The notes under the pieces are model-generated. The model was given only the letters and a program-made list of their open reading frames with translations, was not told where the DNA came from and did not search any database. A DNA stretch of 64,000 nucleotides, taken from contig JBBEBM010000004.1 in NCBI GenBank assembly GCA_040882355.1, positions 1 through 64,000 of the forward strand, given 5' to 3'. The stretch is from Dehalococcoidia bacterium (GTDB lineage Bacteria; Chloroflexota; Dehalococcoidia; DSTF01; RBG-16-68-14). Shown piece by piece: positions 29,234 to 39,188 of this stretch (the first letter of the stretch is position 1; each line of letters starts with the position of its first letter). Made by a program: the position numbers and the translations under genes.

Positions 29234-30184
29234 TCAGCTCTCCTTCAGCGCCAGGCCGATGTTCACCATGTAGGTTGCCAGGGGCAACCCGACAGGGCAT
29301 TCGACGGGCGGCGCGAGCGATTCGACCTGATACGCCACGGAAGCCTCGACGACGCCGGCGGCGGCTACCTCTTGCGCCAGCGAGCCGGTCAGGAAGACGG
29401 GTGTGGAGAACGGAAGCTGGTCCTCGCGGTGGGTATCGGTGTAGAACTTGACGGTGCGGGTGAGCTCCTCACCCAGGCGCCGCACCCTGTCCTGGGTGCT
29501 GTCGTCGGGCCGCAGGCCCACCGTACGGGTGATCACGGGCACGCAACGGCGCACGACGACCACGTCGATGCTGTCCGGCTCCAGGTCGGCGATCAGCGCG
29601 TCGGCGCGGCCTACCGCGCGGACCAGCGCCAGCGGCTTGCTGTCTATCGCCTGGGGGCGCCGGTTCGCGGCCTTGAGCGCTGCGAGATGCTGTTCGATGG
29701 CATCGAGCGGTACGGCGAGAGCGAAGACGCGGGTTTGCCCGGCCTCCGGCTCGAGCGTTTGCCAGGCGAGGTGCATCTCCTCCAGCGGCATGGGCGCGTC
29801 GCGCTTGATCTCGCGGCGGACCGCCTCTTCCAGCATGCTTCCGGCTAGCGGCGGGAACTGCAGGAACCTGGGCATGGAGCGTTGGGCGCTCAGCCCGAGG
29901 ACGAGTCTGCCTCCGACCGCCCGGTGCCCGCTCAGCAGCGCTTCGATGCGAGCCCCGACGGCCCGCGGGTCCGAGATGACGCCGTCGTGAACGAGACCGG
30001 CAGGTAGCGGCTCCAGCCCCCACTCGATGACGCGGTTCTGCTTCGCGGCAAGGAAGCGGACGCTGTCGCATTCGATGTGGACGGTGACGACCGACTGGGA
30101 GAGCACGGGCACGCGCGGAGCCCAGCGGCCCCCGAGCTGCTCGGCCGCCCAATCGGCGATGCCCTGCGCGAACGTTGCCGGCAT
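29234..30184 (-). CDS. pilM: PilM-like pilus assembly protein
   Basis: PLPAGLVHDGVISDP, PMPLEEM, KPLALVRAV, VFLTG, NIGLALK; operon position. Confidence 0.85.
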   Translation of the reverse strand: MPATFAQGIADWAAEQLGGRWAPRVPVLSQSVVTVHIECDSVRFLAAKQNRVIEWGLEPLPAGLVHDGVISDPRAVGARIEALLSGHRAVGGRLVLGLSAQRSMPRFLQFPPLAGSMLEEAVRREIKRDAPMPLEEMHLAWQTLEPEAGQTRVFALAVPLDAIEQHLAALKAANRRPQAIDSKPLALVRAVGRADALIADLEPDSIDVVVVRRCVPVITRTVGLRPDDSTQDRVRRLGEELTRTVKFYTDTHREDQLPFSTPVFLTGSLAQEVAAAGVVEASVAYQVESLAPPVECPVGLPLATYMVNIGLALKES

Positions 30185-30191
30185 GCGGACG

Positions 30192-30893
30192 CTAGCCTCC
30201 CGTCTCCGATGTCTCGTTTGGCGGCGTCGCGCTCGGAGTGACGGCCGGCAGGCGGGCGTACGTGTGCACCTCCATGTCCAGGACGAATCCCTCAGGCGTC
30301 GATTGCAAGGAGAGCTTCTCCATCCTGGAGGCGCTGCCGACCGCCGTCTCCAGCGCGGCCATGAAGCCGGCCAGGTCGGACAAGCTGCCACGCAACTGCG
30401 TGTTGACGATCGCGCGCATGAAGCTGCGCTGCGGAGCCTGCGCGGCGTCGGGAGTGGCCGCAGCGGCGGCCGCAGCCCCCTGGGCGGTGTCTTCGACGAC
30501 TGTGGGCGGGCTGATGTCGATCCGCAGCAGCGCGACGTTGTGTTCGTCCGCTGCGCGCAAGACCGTTTCGACGACGTCGGGCGTCTTCAGCTCTTCGGGG
30601 AACGCGATCTCCAGTGTCGATTGGAGGTCCGTCAGGTCGGTCAGTTGGGCTTCCAGGTCTTCTATCGACTCGCCCGACTGCGCAGCGGCCAGGGCTGCTT
30701 CGCCGTTCACGACCGCGGTCGAGAAGGTAGACCGCTCGTCGCGATGCCGGCCGTATGAGAGTACGAGCGTAACGTAGGCAACGGCGATCAGCACGGCGAC
30801 GATCAGCAGCAGTCGTGACGGGTGGAGGTTGCCCTTTGTCAGGGACTGGGCGAGGAGGACGACGCTCCGCTTCGCCTCTAGTCGAGCTGCCAC
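30192..30893 (-). CDS. PilO-like pilus assembly protein
   Basis: N-terminal TM, coiled coil, LRGSLSDLAGFMAALE; operon position. Confidence 0.65.
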   Translation of the reverse strand: MAARLEAKRSVVLLAQSLTKGNLHPSRLLLIVAVLIAVAYVTLVLSYGRHRDERSTFSTAVVNGEAALAAAQSGESIEDLEAQLTDLTDLQSTLEIAFPEELKTPDVVETVLRAADEHNVALLRIDISPPTVVEDTAQGAAAAAAATPDAAQAPQRSFMRAIVNTQLRGSLSDLAGFMAALETAVGSASRMEKLSLQSTPEGFVLDMEVHTYARLPAVTPSATPPNETSETGG

Positions 30894-31765
30894 GAGATCA
30901 CCTCTACTGCTCCGTTGCCTGCGGTGGTGCGGACCGTGGCGATACTGCCGTCGCGGTCCGCGCGCAGATCGTAGCTGGCGGCAGGGAACGTGATCGACAC
31001 GGACCCGCTGCCCGACGTCGTGGTTTGAACGACAAGCTGGTAGGAGCCGGCGGCGCGCAGGTATTGGAGCAGGTACGGCGACGGGCCCGGCAGCGCCGGC
31101 AACGCGGCTCCCGAGCAGCTCGAGCGCAGGTCCGCCTGCACGCCGGCTGCGCTGGTCTGAAGGATGACGGAGACGACGCCGTCCTCAGCGGACGTGAACG
31201 GATAGCACTGCACGCCGGTGCCACCCTGCCAGGCGGGCTCGGCGGTCTGCGTGGCGTTGGCGCCAGGGACGCGCCGCACTTGAGTCGTGGGGAACGCCTC
31301 GTTGTTGATCGAGACGGGCGTTGGCTGGAGCGGCGCCTCGACGTACGATGCGCTTGCGGTGAGGAGGGGGTCGTTTCTCAGGCGCCAGAGGCCCCATTCG
31401 ATGCCGGCATCGGCCGCGTAGTTGTCGTTGATCGCCTCGTCCGCCCGGCGGCTTGCCAGGAGGTTGACGCTGACGTGCGTGAGGAAGGGCGTGACGAGCA
31501 GCGCGCCGACGGCGAGCGCCGCAAGCGCGAGCACGAGCGCCTGCCCCGACTCCGAAAGGAAATCGGGTGCGCCGGCGTGCTGCCCGATGACCATCTTTCG
31601 CATCGAGAGGCCGTCCTTGAGCGCAATCTCGTCCTGTTTGGCGCCTGAATGATTAACGTCATTGTCCGCGCCGATCTGAAATCCTACACGCGGGGTCGAT
31701 TCTAGACGCCGGTCATCAGAACGGGCATTCTGGCGCTTGGTCCAGAAACTTGTCATTAGCACCAT
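30878..31765 (-). CDS. PilX-like minor pilin
   Basis: ESG|QALVLAL class III-like site without Glu5, YAADAGIEWGLWRL, C-terminal VISWQ; start either TGATG-coupled 31765 or 31603. Confidence 0.75.
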   Translation of the reverse strand: MVLMTSFWTKRQNARSDDRRLESTPRVGFQIGADNDVNHSGAKQDEIALKDGLSMRKMVIGQHAGAPDFLSESGQALVLALAALAVGALLVTPFLTHVSVNLLASRRADEAINDNYAADAGIEWGLWRLRNDPLLTASASYVEAPLQPTPVSINNEAFPTTQVRRVPGANATQTAEPAWQGGTGVQCYPFTSAEDGVVSVILQTSAAGVQADLRSSCSGAALPALPGPSPYLLQYLRAAGSYQLVVQTTTSGSGSVSITFPAASYDLRADRDGSIATVRTTAGNGAVEVISWQLD

Positions 31766-34700
31766 CAGTCGGATCTCAGCACCGCCGCGACGATCGCCTG
31801 GCGGTTGGGGCCGCTGTGAGTGGCGCTGGCCGTGTCCGTTGTGGAGCCGGTTGCCGGGTGGTCGGCGCTGGACAGGGTGACGCTCGGGCCGCCGCCGGGG
31901 GACTGGTCGCTGGCTTCGGTCCAACCGTTGTTCCAGGTGTAGGAGCCGCCGTTGCCGGCGATCACCGCGGCCACAGCCATCGACCCATTCGTGACGCTGA
32001 CGCTCGTTGTCATCGGGTTCGGCGTGGCGGCGGCGCTCGAGTTCGTCGAGCTGTCGGCGATCGGCGACGCCTGGTCGACGTACTGGTACGAGGCCGCGGC
32101 ATACACCGGATCGGCGGGCGTCCCGCCACCCCAGGTCACGCTGAACGTGCTGCTCGTCGCCGCCGTGATGCCGGCCTCGTTCAGGTACCAGAGCTCCACG
32201 CGATCGAATGTTGTCGTGCCGGCGGCAGTGCCCGCGATCCGCGCGAGCGCCTGGCCACCGTAACTGACCGACGAGACGCCCGGGTCGGAGCCGTTCTCGT
32301 AGCCGACGACGAAGAGCAAGAGGCGGCTAGAGCCGCTCCCGAAGGTGTGCGTCAGGCCGGTTGTCCAGCCGCTGGCCTGACACACAGGCTCGCTGCCGGC
32401 CGGGTTGAGGACGGCGGCGACGATCGCCTGGCGGTTGGGGCCCGACTGCGTTGCGCTGGCAGTGTCGGTGGTCGAGCTGGTCGCGGCGTGCTCGGCGCTG
32501 GACATGTTCGTCGTGGCGCCCGACGTTTGGTCCGTGCCTTCCGTCCAGCCGTTGTTCCACGTGTACGAACCACCGTTGCCGGCGATCACGCCGGCGACGG
32601 CCATCGCTCCGCTGGTCACGCTGACGCTGGTGGTGAGAGGGTTGGGCGTTGCGCCGTTGGTCGAGTTCGTAGAGCTCGTCGCGACCGGCGCGCACTGGCT
32701 GACGTTCTCATAGGTTGCCGCGGTGTACATCGGGTCGGCGGGCGCGGCGCCGCCCCAGATCACCGAAAAGCTGCTGGACGAAGCCGCTGCAATCCCCGCT
32801 TCGTTCAGGTACCAGTGCTCGACACGGTCGAAGGTGGTGGTGCCCGCGACAGTGCCGGCGATCCGTGTGAGCGCCTGGCCACCGTAGCTGACCGACGAGA
32901 CACCGGGGTCGGCACCGTCTTCGTAGCCGACGCCAAACAGGAGCGCCCGGTCGTTTCCTGCGCCCGCCGGGTGCGTGAGGCCGGTGGTCCACGAACCAAC
33001 TCGTGTGACACCTGAGGGCGTCGGTGTGGGTGTGGGTGTGGGTGTGGGTGTGGGTGTCGCCGTTGAGGTCGACGTGGCTGTGGCCGTCGGCGTGGGCGTA
33101 GCCGGCGGCGTGCCCTTGAGGGCCAGGTAGTTGTACGCTTCCGTATTCGTGTTGACCTGCGCACTCGTGCCCACCTGGAAGCCGTCCGCTTGCAGGGCCT
33201 GGATGCGGTCGGTGTTCTGCACGGTGGCGTTCCAGAAGAGACTGGTGTCGCCGCTGGCGCTGGCGGGTCGCCAAACCGACTGCGTGGAGTCGCTTCGCTT
33301 CACCCACGCCACTTCCGGCGCGAAGCCGACGCCGGTGATGTCTCTATTGTCGATGCCGTCGCCTGTGTAGCTTCCAACAGCCACATTCGAACTCGACGCG
33401 AAGGCGAGGTAGTGATACGTGGTGCCGTTCTCGTTGACGTCGACGTTGGCGCCGACCTGGAATCCGCCGGCTTGGAGGGCCTGGATCCGATCGACGAGGA
33501 TGGCCGTGCCGGCCATGCGATACGAGGCGTCGCCCGCGAGCGTGCCGGGCCGGAAGGCGGAATCGTCCCCGTCACCAAGCGTGATCACCCACACCGGCGT
33601 GACGTTGAGACCGGTAATGTCGCGGTTGTCCGTGGCGTCGCCGACGTACGTCCCGAGCTTCAGTTCGGCGCCCGCCTTCATCGCGACCCAGTAGTAGACA
33701 GCGCCGCTGGTGTTGACGGTACTGTTCGTGCCGATCGTGAAGCCGTCGGCGTCCAGCGACTGGATCCGGTCCGTCAGGAGCGCCCCCGTGGAGTTGACGA
33801 CCTTGGCGGCGTCACCGGCCATGGTGCTCGTGCGGATCACGCCCGCTTGACCGGCGGCTGACTTGATCCAGATGACGTCGGGCTGAAAGCCGACGCCGGA
33901 AATCGAGCGGTTGTCGCTGCCGTCGCCCGTGTAGCTCCCCGTGGCCAGCTCCATTGGCGGCCCGGGCGTGGGCGTCGCTGTGCTTGTGGCGGTGTCCGTT
34001 GGTGTTGCGGTATTGGTCGGCGTTGGCGTGTCGGTTGGCGTGGCCGTGGTCGTGGGCGTCGACGTGTTCGTCGGCGAACTGGTCACGGTCGCGGTCGCCG
34101 TCTCGATTGGAGTACTGGTAGCCGTGGGTGTCGCGGTGCTCGTCGGCGGGGGTGGAGGGGTGCCAAAGATGACCCGGCTTGGGAATGCCGCCGTGTCGTA
34201 TGCGAGCCACATATCATCGTCGGCGCTGTTGCTGACGATGATCTTCACCTCGATACGGTGGCCGGCTGCGACTGTGTACGGCGAACAGGTGGGTGTGATT
34301 GTGTTCTCGACCCACGTTCCAGAACCACCCTGCCAGTTCGTTTGCGTATAGGTCGTGGAGCAGATCTCAGTGTACGAAGAGCCGTCGTAGTCGCGCAGGA
34401 AGACGCTGACACTGCCGGTCTTGTCGGCCGCAAAGTCTTTGATCGCGCTCCACAAGATCAGGGTCACCTGGCCGTCTAGCTCGACGCTTTGCGCCTGCGG
34501 GCTCGTGAGCCAGGCCTGGTACTTCGTCAGATCGGTCTCGTCGGCGCCCGATCCCCCCTTGGCGAGCAGCAGGCCGGGGGGTGCGTCGCGGTCCGTGTCG
34601 TAGTTGAAGAGCGTCGTTGCCGAGGGCACGGTGGTTTCCAGGGGTAGGGTGATCTGGGATGTGGTGTTGCCGGTTGGCGGCGACGGGTCGTTGTGGAGGT

Positions 34701-35310
34701 AGTACGTCGCGCCGAGCGGCACAGGTGTGACCGTTGGCGTATCGGTGGGCGTAGCCGTGTTGGTCGGCGTCGGCGTCGGCGTGGCCGTCGGCGTGTCGGT
34801 CGGTAGCGGCGGGAACGGCGTGGGCGTCGGGCGAAGCGTGCGCATGAGCACCGTTTCTGTACGCGACTGGGTCGCGCCACCGAGCGTGGAGGTGATGCTG
34901 ACGGTGAGCACGGCCCCGCTGACCGAGGCGCTGAAGCCGCTCCCGGCGACGTAGCGGGCGATGGTCTTGCTGACCGGCGAGCCGTTGATCGAGAAGGTGC
35001 GCACCAGATCGCCGCCGGCCTGCGCGTAGGCGCTCTGGTAGCTGTCCCCCGTGGTTTCGTCGGACCACGAGAGCGTCAGACTGGAGGCGGATGGCTGCGC
35101 GAACTCCGCGATCGCCATCTGGCCGTCGCGGTTGACCCACTGGAAGGCGTCACGCTGCTCGGCGAGGACGCTGAGCTGGTTGTTGCCGGCGGTCGTGGAG
35201 CGAGTGAACTGAACGAGGGCGCTGGAGAGGACCCCGATGACCATCGCCCCGACCAGCGTGGCGATGAGCACCTCAATGAGGGTGTAGCCGGCCTCGCCAC
35301 GCTGGTTCAC
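31765..35310 (-). CDS. Giant modular minor pilin/adhesin (~1,181 aa)
   Basis: GTGA-coupled start; EAG|YTLIEVLIA prepilin motif; three Pro/Thr linkers separating a beta domain, three GSYTGDG repeats and two ~210-aa repeats. Confidence 0.85.
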   Translation of the reverse strand: MNQRGEAGYTLIEVLIATLVGAMVIGVLSSALVQFTRSTTAGNNQLSVLAEQRDAFQWVNRDGQMAIAEFAQPSASSLTLSWSDETTGDSYQSAYAQAGGDLVRTFSINGSPVSKTIARYVAGSGFSASVSGAVLTVSITSTLGGATQSRTETVLMRTLRPTPTPFPPLPTDTPTATPTPTPTNTATPTDTPTVTPVPLGATYYLHNDPSPPTGNTTSQITLPLETTVPSATTLFNYDTDRDAPPGLLLAKGGSGADETDLTKYQAWLTSPQAQSVELDGQVTLILWSAIKDFAADKTGSVSVFLRDYDGSSYTEICSTTYTQTNWQGGSGTWVENTITPTCSPYTVAAGHRIEVKIIVSNSADDDMWLAYDTAAFPSRVIFGTPPPPPTSTATPTATSTPIETATATVTSSPTNTSTPTTTATPTDTPTPTNTATPTDTATSTATPTPGPPMELATGSYTGDGSDNRSISGVGFQPDVIWIKSAAGQAGVIRTSTMAGDAAKVVNSTGALLTDRIQSLDADGFTIGTNSTVNTSGAVYYWVAMKAGAELKLGTYVGDATDNRDITGLNVTPVWVITLGDGDDSAFRPGTLAGDASYRMAGTAILVDRIQALQAGGFQVGANVDVNENGTTYHYLAFASSSNVAVGSYTGDGIDNRDITGVGFAPEVAWVKRSDSTQSVWRPASASGDTSLFWNATVQNTDRIQALQADGFQVGTSAQVNTNTEAYNYLALKGTPPATPTPTATATSTSTATPTPTPTPTPTPTPSGVTRVGSWTTGLTHPAGAGNDRALLFGVGYEDGADPGVSSVSYGGQALTRIAGTVAGTTTFDRVEHWYLNEAGIAAASSSSFSVIWGGAAPADPMYTAATYENVSQCAPVATSSTNSTNGATPNPLTTSVSVTSGAMAVAGVIAGNGGSYTWNNGWTEGTDQTSGATTNMSSAEHAATSSTTDTASATQSGPNRQAIVAAVLNPAGSEPVCQASGWTTGLTHTFGSGSSRLLLFVVGYENGSDPGVSSVSYGGQALARIAGTAAGTTTFDRVELWYLNEAGITAATSSTFSVTWGGGTPADPVYAAASYQYVDQASPIADSSTNSSAAATPNPMTTSVSVTNGSMAVAAVIAGNGGSYTWNNGWTEASDQSPGGGPSVTLSSADHPATGSTTDTASATHSGPNRQAIVAAVLRSD
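31780..33010 (-). repeat. Intragenic tandem duplication, ~630-bp period
   Basis: e.g. CGATCGCCTGGCGGTTGGGG at 31791 and 32421; both units encode WTTGLTH...VSSVSYGGQAL.RIAG...SYTWNNGWTE...SGPNRQAIVAAVL. Confidence 0.9.
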
Positions 35311-35699
35311 CGGTCCACCTTGTAGCCCTCGAGCACGGTGAGCGTGTCGGCGCCACGCGAGACGGTGACGGTGATGAGCTGAACGGCGCTGTCGCCGCCG
35401 GAGATATCCTGTGCGCTCACGGCGATGCCGTAGCCGGCCGGAGGCGAGACGGTCGCGTACGTGGCGGGCACCGGATCGAACGGCTGGCTCTTCGTCAGCT
35501 CGAGTTGCGAGCGCGCCAGGTTCTCCGCGCTGACGCGCTCGTCGGCCGTCGATACGCCGAGAGAGCCCGTTGAGACGCCGGCGAGCAGACCCACGATGGC
35601 GATGCCCGTGATGCCGATCGCGACCAGCACCTCGACCAGGCTGGCCCCCGCTTCCGGGGAGCCGCGGCGGCACGCGCGGCGCTTTCCGGGCGACGACAT
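35307..35699 (-). CDS. Minor pilin (PilV-like)
   Basis: EAG|ASLVEVLVA; A.NLARSQLE..K; QLITVTV; LEGYK. Confidence 0.85.
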   Translation of the reverse strand: MSSPGKRRACRRGSPEAGASLVEVLVAIGITGIAIVGLLAGVSTGSLGVSTADERVSAENLARSQLELTKSQPFDPVPATYATVSPPAGYGIAVSAQDISGGDSAVQLITVTVSRGADTLTVLEGYKVDR

Positions 35700-35701
35700 G
35701 G

Positions 35702-36907
35702 CTAGTGGATGGACTGCATGATGCTGTACATCGGCATGATGATGGAGACCGCAATGAAGGCGACGACGGCGCCCACGATGAGGGTGAGCGCCGGCTGGAT
35801 CATGGAGGTGAGGGCGTTGATCCGGTCGTCGACCTCGCCTTCATAGAAGTCGGCCATCGTGTTCAGGTTGGTGTCCAGGCTGCCCGTCTCCTCGCCCACC
35901 TCCACCATCTGCACCAGGAGCGGCGGAAAGAGCTTCGTGCGCGCGAGCGGCGCCGAGAGGCCCTCGCCGGCGAGCAGGTCGTCTCGCACAGCGCCAAGGC
36001 CGTCCTTGATGATCGAGTTGGAGGTGGTGTTGATGACCAGGTCCATCACCTCGGACAGCGGGACACCGGCCCGCAGGAGGAGCCCGAGCGTCCGGGCGAA
36101 GCGCGACGCGTTGCTCAACAGCGTGATACCGCCGATCGCCGGCGCGTAGAGCAGGACGTAGTCGAGGCGCTGGCGACCGGATGGCGTTCGCAGGTAGAGG
36201 GCGGTCCCCAGGGTCGCGAGGGCGACGGCCGCGAGCATGTGCATCTTGTAGGCGCTGGCGAAGTTGCTGATAGCGATGAGCATCTTGGTGCTGAGCGGGA
36301 GCTCCGTGTCAAACTCATCGAAGAGGCTGGTCAGCGGCGGCAGCGCGGTCGTGACCAGGATGCTGACGACGACGATGGCGACGACGATCGTGAAGGCCGG
36401 ATACGCCATCGCGCCGCGCACCTTCTTGATGATCGCCTGCTCCTTCTCGATGTGCGTCGCGACCTGGCGGAGGAGCAGCTCCAAGTTGCCCGTCCGCTCG
36501 CCGACGACGATCAGGCGGCCCACGATAGGCGGAAAGACGGTCGGATGGGCCGCCAGGGCGTCCGAGAACGAGTCGCCGCTGCGGATCGCCTGGGCCATCT
36601 CGTCCAGCACGCGGCCGAGCGTTGGCCGCGCCTGGCGTTGGAGCAGCTCCAGCGCTGGAAGCACGGCGATACCGGACTCGATGAGCGTCGCCATCTGGCG
36701 GGCGAAGGTCACGATCTCCTGCGGCTTGACGGCGAAGATCGAGGGCAGCACCGCATCGAGGCGGGGCGGCTGCCAGGCGGTGCGCAGCCGGATGACGCGG
36801 TAGCCGGAATCCCAGAGAAGGCGCTCGGCGGCGTCTTCGGTCAACGCGTCGAGACGGCCTTCGATCCGCTCGCCTGAAGGTGTGACCGCGATGTAGGTGT
36901 AGGTCAC
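35702..36907 (-). CDS. pilC: Type IV pilus platform protein PilC (GspF family)
   Basis: FARQMATLIESG, GERTGNL, AMAYP, GEETGSL, P.LTLIVG, PMY. Confidence 0.93.
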   Translation of the reverse strand: MTYTYIAVTPSGERIEGRLDALTEDAAERLLWDSGYRVIRLRTAWQPPRLDAVLPSIFAVKPQEIVTFARQMATLIESGIAVLPALELLQRQARPTLGRVLDEMAQAIRSGDSFSDALAAHPTVFPPIVGRLIVVGERTGNLELLLRQVATHIEKEQAIIKKVRGAMAYPAFTIVVAIVVVSILVTTALPPLTSLFDEFDTELPLSTKMLIAISNFASAYKMHMLAAVALATLGTALYLRTPSGRQRLDYVLLYAPAIGGITLLSNASRFARTLGLLLRAGVPLSEVMDLVINTTSNSIIKDGLGAVRDDLLAGEGLSAPLARTKLFPPLLVQMVEVGEETGSLDTNLNTMADFYEGEVDDRINALTSMIQPALTLIVGAVVAFIAVSIIMPMYSIMQSIH

Positions 36908-36919
36908 CGGTCCTGCCTC

Positions 36920-38629
36920 TTACGTAATCGAGAAGATATTCCGGATCACCTCGTCCGGCGTCGTGATCCCCTGCTGCACCTTGAGCATCCCATCGCGTCG
37001 CATCGTGATCATGCCTTCGGCGATGGCGCGCCCCCGCAGGGTCCCCGAGGTCTCGCCGCGCAGGTAGAGGCGGCGCAGCTCCTCGCTCGGCGCCATCACC
37101 TCGAAGACGCCGGTGCGGCCCAGGTAGCCGGTGCCGGCGCAGATGTTGCAGCCGGCCCCGTAGTAGAGCTGGTCCGGCCGCTCTCCAAGCTCCTCCTGGT
37201 AGACAAGCTGGCCTTCGGCGGGAACGCGCGCGAGCTGTCGGCAGTGCTGACAGATGCGCCGCACCATGCGCTGCGAGACCATGCCGACCAGCGCGGAGGA
37301 GATGAGGTAGGGCTCCACGCCCAGGTCGACGAGCCGGAAGAGGACGCCGACGGCGTCGTTTGCGTGAATGGACGAGAGCACCAGGTGGCCGGTGAGCGCG
37401 GCCTGCGTGGCCATGCTCGCGGCTTCACCGTCGCGCACCTCGCCGACGAGGATCACGTCCGGGTCGAGGCGCATGATCGAGCGCAGCCCGCTGGCGAACG
37501 TGATGTCGGCGCGAGGGTTGACCTGGATCTGGGTGATGTCCTCGAAGATGTACTCGATCGGGTCCTCGATGGTAACGACGTTTCGCGTTCGCCGGTCGAG
37601 CTGGTTCACAGAGGCGTAGAGCGTCGTCGTCTTGCCGGAGCCTGTCGGCCCTCCGACGAGAATCATGCCGAAGGGCGCCCTCAGCATCCGCGTATAGAGC
37701 GCCAACGACTCTGGCGAGAAGCCCAGGTCCGTGAGGTCGAACAGCGAGAGCGCCTTGTCGAGCACGCGCAAGACCATCATTTCGCCGTGCACGCTGTCCG
37801 AGGTCGCGGCGCGGAAGTCGACGTCCTTGCTTTCGACCTGGACCGAGAACTGGCCGTCCTGCGGCCGCCTTCGTTCGGCGATGTTCATGCCGGCGAGCAC
37901 TTTGAGGCGCGAGAGCAGCGGCCGCGTGACGCCCAGCGGCAGCGTCTCCGCGTCGTGCAGGATGCCGTCGATGCGGTAGCGGACGCGCAGGCCCGCCTCC
38001 TGTGGCTCCAGGTGGATGTCCGAGGCGCGGTCGCGCACGGCCTGTTCCAGCAGCAGCTCGACTGTGCGCACGATCGGGTTCTGCGCGACCATGTCGCCGC
38101 CGGGCGCCTCATCTTCGGGTTGCGCCTGCGCCGGCACGACGCGACTGATCTGCTCCTCGATCGCGCCGCTGGCCCGGTAGCTGCGGTTGATTGCGCCGCG
38201 GATGTCGCTGGGGATGCCCACGGTGGCCTGGATGTCCATGCGCGCGCGGTTTTCCAGGTCTTCCAGGACCTGGATGTTGCCGGGGTCGGCCATGGCGACG
38301 ACGAGGCGGCCGTCCTTGAGCTCGACCGGTATGAGGTCGTTCTGACGGGCGTAGCCCTCGGGTACGAGCAGCAGCGCTTCCGGCTGGATGCGGTGCGACT
38401 TGAGATCGACGATCGGCAGGCCGAGCTGGCGGCTGAGCGTGCCGGCCACGTCCGCCGCCTGCACCAGGCCTTCCTCCACGAGGTAGTCGCCGAGGCGCAC
38501 TTGGCGCTTGCGTGCCTCCGCGATGGCAGGCTCGAGCTCCTGGCGCGAGAGGAGGCCTGCTTCGATGAGCATCTCACCGAGCTTCTTCTGCTGGGGCGCG
38601 AGGACCTGTCTAGGCATGTGCGTGATCAC
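36920..38629 (-). CDS. pilB: Type IV pilus extension ATPase PilB (GspE family) with MshEN domain
   Basis: KLGEMLIEAG/RLGDYLVEEG MshEN motifs, ASDIHLEP, GPTGSGKTTT, ICQHC..GCNIC Zn motif, GRTGVFE. Confidence 0.95.
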   Translation of the reverse strand: MITHMPRQVLAPQQKKLGEMLIEAGLLSRQELEPAIAEARKRQVRLGDYLVEEGLVQAADVAGTLSRQLGLPIVDLKSHRIQPEALLLVPEGYARQNDLIPVELKDGRLVVAMADPGNIQVLEDLENRARMDIQATVGIPSDIRGAINRSYRASGAIEEQISRVVPAQAQPEDEAPGGDMVAQNPIVRTVELLLEQAVRDRASDIHLEPQEAGLRVRYRIDGILHDAETLPLGVTRPLLSRLKVLAGMNIAERRRPQDGQFSVQVESKDVDFRAATSDSVHGEMMVLRVLDKALSLFDLTDLGFSPESLALYTRMLRAPFGMILVGGPTGSGKTTTLYASVNQLDRRTRNVVTIEDPIEYIFEDITQIQVNPRADITFASGLRSIMRLDPDVILVGEVRDGEAASMATQAALTGHLVLSSIHANDAVGVLFRLVDLGVEPYLISSALVGMVSQRMVRRICQHCRQLARVPAEGQLVYQEELGERPDQLYYGAGCNICAGTGYLGRTGVFEVMAPSEELRRLYLRGETSGTLRGRAIAEGMITMRRDGMLKVQQGITTPDEVIRNIFSIT

Positions 38630-38700
38630 TTACGACCGGCTCTCCGGGGAGGGCCGAACCTACGGAGTATCGACCTGTGGCCTGATCCGGCGTAGTAGGG

Positions 38701-38732
38701 AAAGCCATCGAGCGTCCACGACGCTCGATGGC
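38701..38732 (-). terminator. Stem-loop terminator/attenuator between pilin and pilB
   Basis: Perfect 13-bp stem GCCATCGAGCGTC/GACGCTCGATGGC followed by TTT on the minus strand. Confidence 0.6.
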
Positions 38733-38816
38733 CTGGATGGGCAGCGCGGGTGCAATCTTCCGGCGGGCGAGTGTCCCTCAGCCGTTCCTCACGTTGCGGC
38801 TTGACGCGACGCCACG

Positions 38817-39188
38817 TCAGTAGCCGGTCGTGACCTGGGTCACCTGGCCTGTGGCGGTCATCGTGTAGGTGCCGTTCGTCGCCTGACTGCGCATGTAGTT
38901 CGGGTAGAGGTCGAATCCGCCCGCAGCGCTCGTCATGTCATCGGTCGCGGTGGCGATCGCTGTGACGGTGGCCAGACTCTCAGCAGCCATCTTGGCGTCT
39001 ACGGCGGTCTGCACAATGCGGAGCTCGGTGTCCCCGGCCGTGGTCTCGCTGCCGCCGATCAGCCCGGTGAAGTTCGGGAGGACGATGGCGATCAGGACCG
39101 CCAGGATGGCCAGCACGATGAGCAGCTCGACCAGCGTAAAGCCGGCCTCGCCGCGGTTCCGCTTCTTCATCCTGCGATAACGCTCCAT
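38817..39188 (-). CDS. pilA: Major type IV pilin
   Basis: Basic leader, EAG|FTLVELLIVLAILAVLIAIVLPNF; short pilin; first gene of the operon. Confidence 0.9.
   Translation of the reverse strand: MERYRRMKKRNRGEAGFTLVELLIVLAILAVLIAIVLPNFTGLIGGSETTAGDTELRIVQTAVDAKMAAESLATVTAIATATDDMTSAAGGFDLYPNYMRSQATNGTYTMTATGQVTQVTTGY

Noticed and set aside
33023..33057. GGTGTG repeat as an on/off contingency locus
   Set aside because: Hexamer is in frame and encodes a Pro-Thr linker; it cannot frameshift
35311..35754. N-terminal extension of the giant pilin
   Set aside because: Overlaps the PilV-like gene; the prepilin leader and GTGA coupling place the start at 35310
26435..39188. Type II secretion system
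   Set aside because: PilT and PilM/N/O-like genes are present and no secretin is seen, which fits a monoderm type IV pilus
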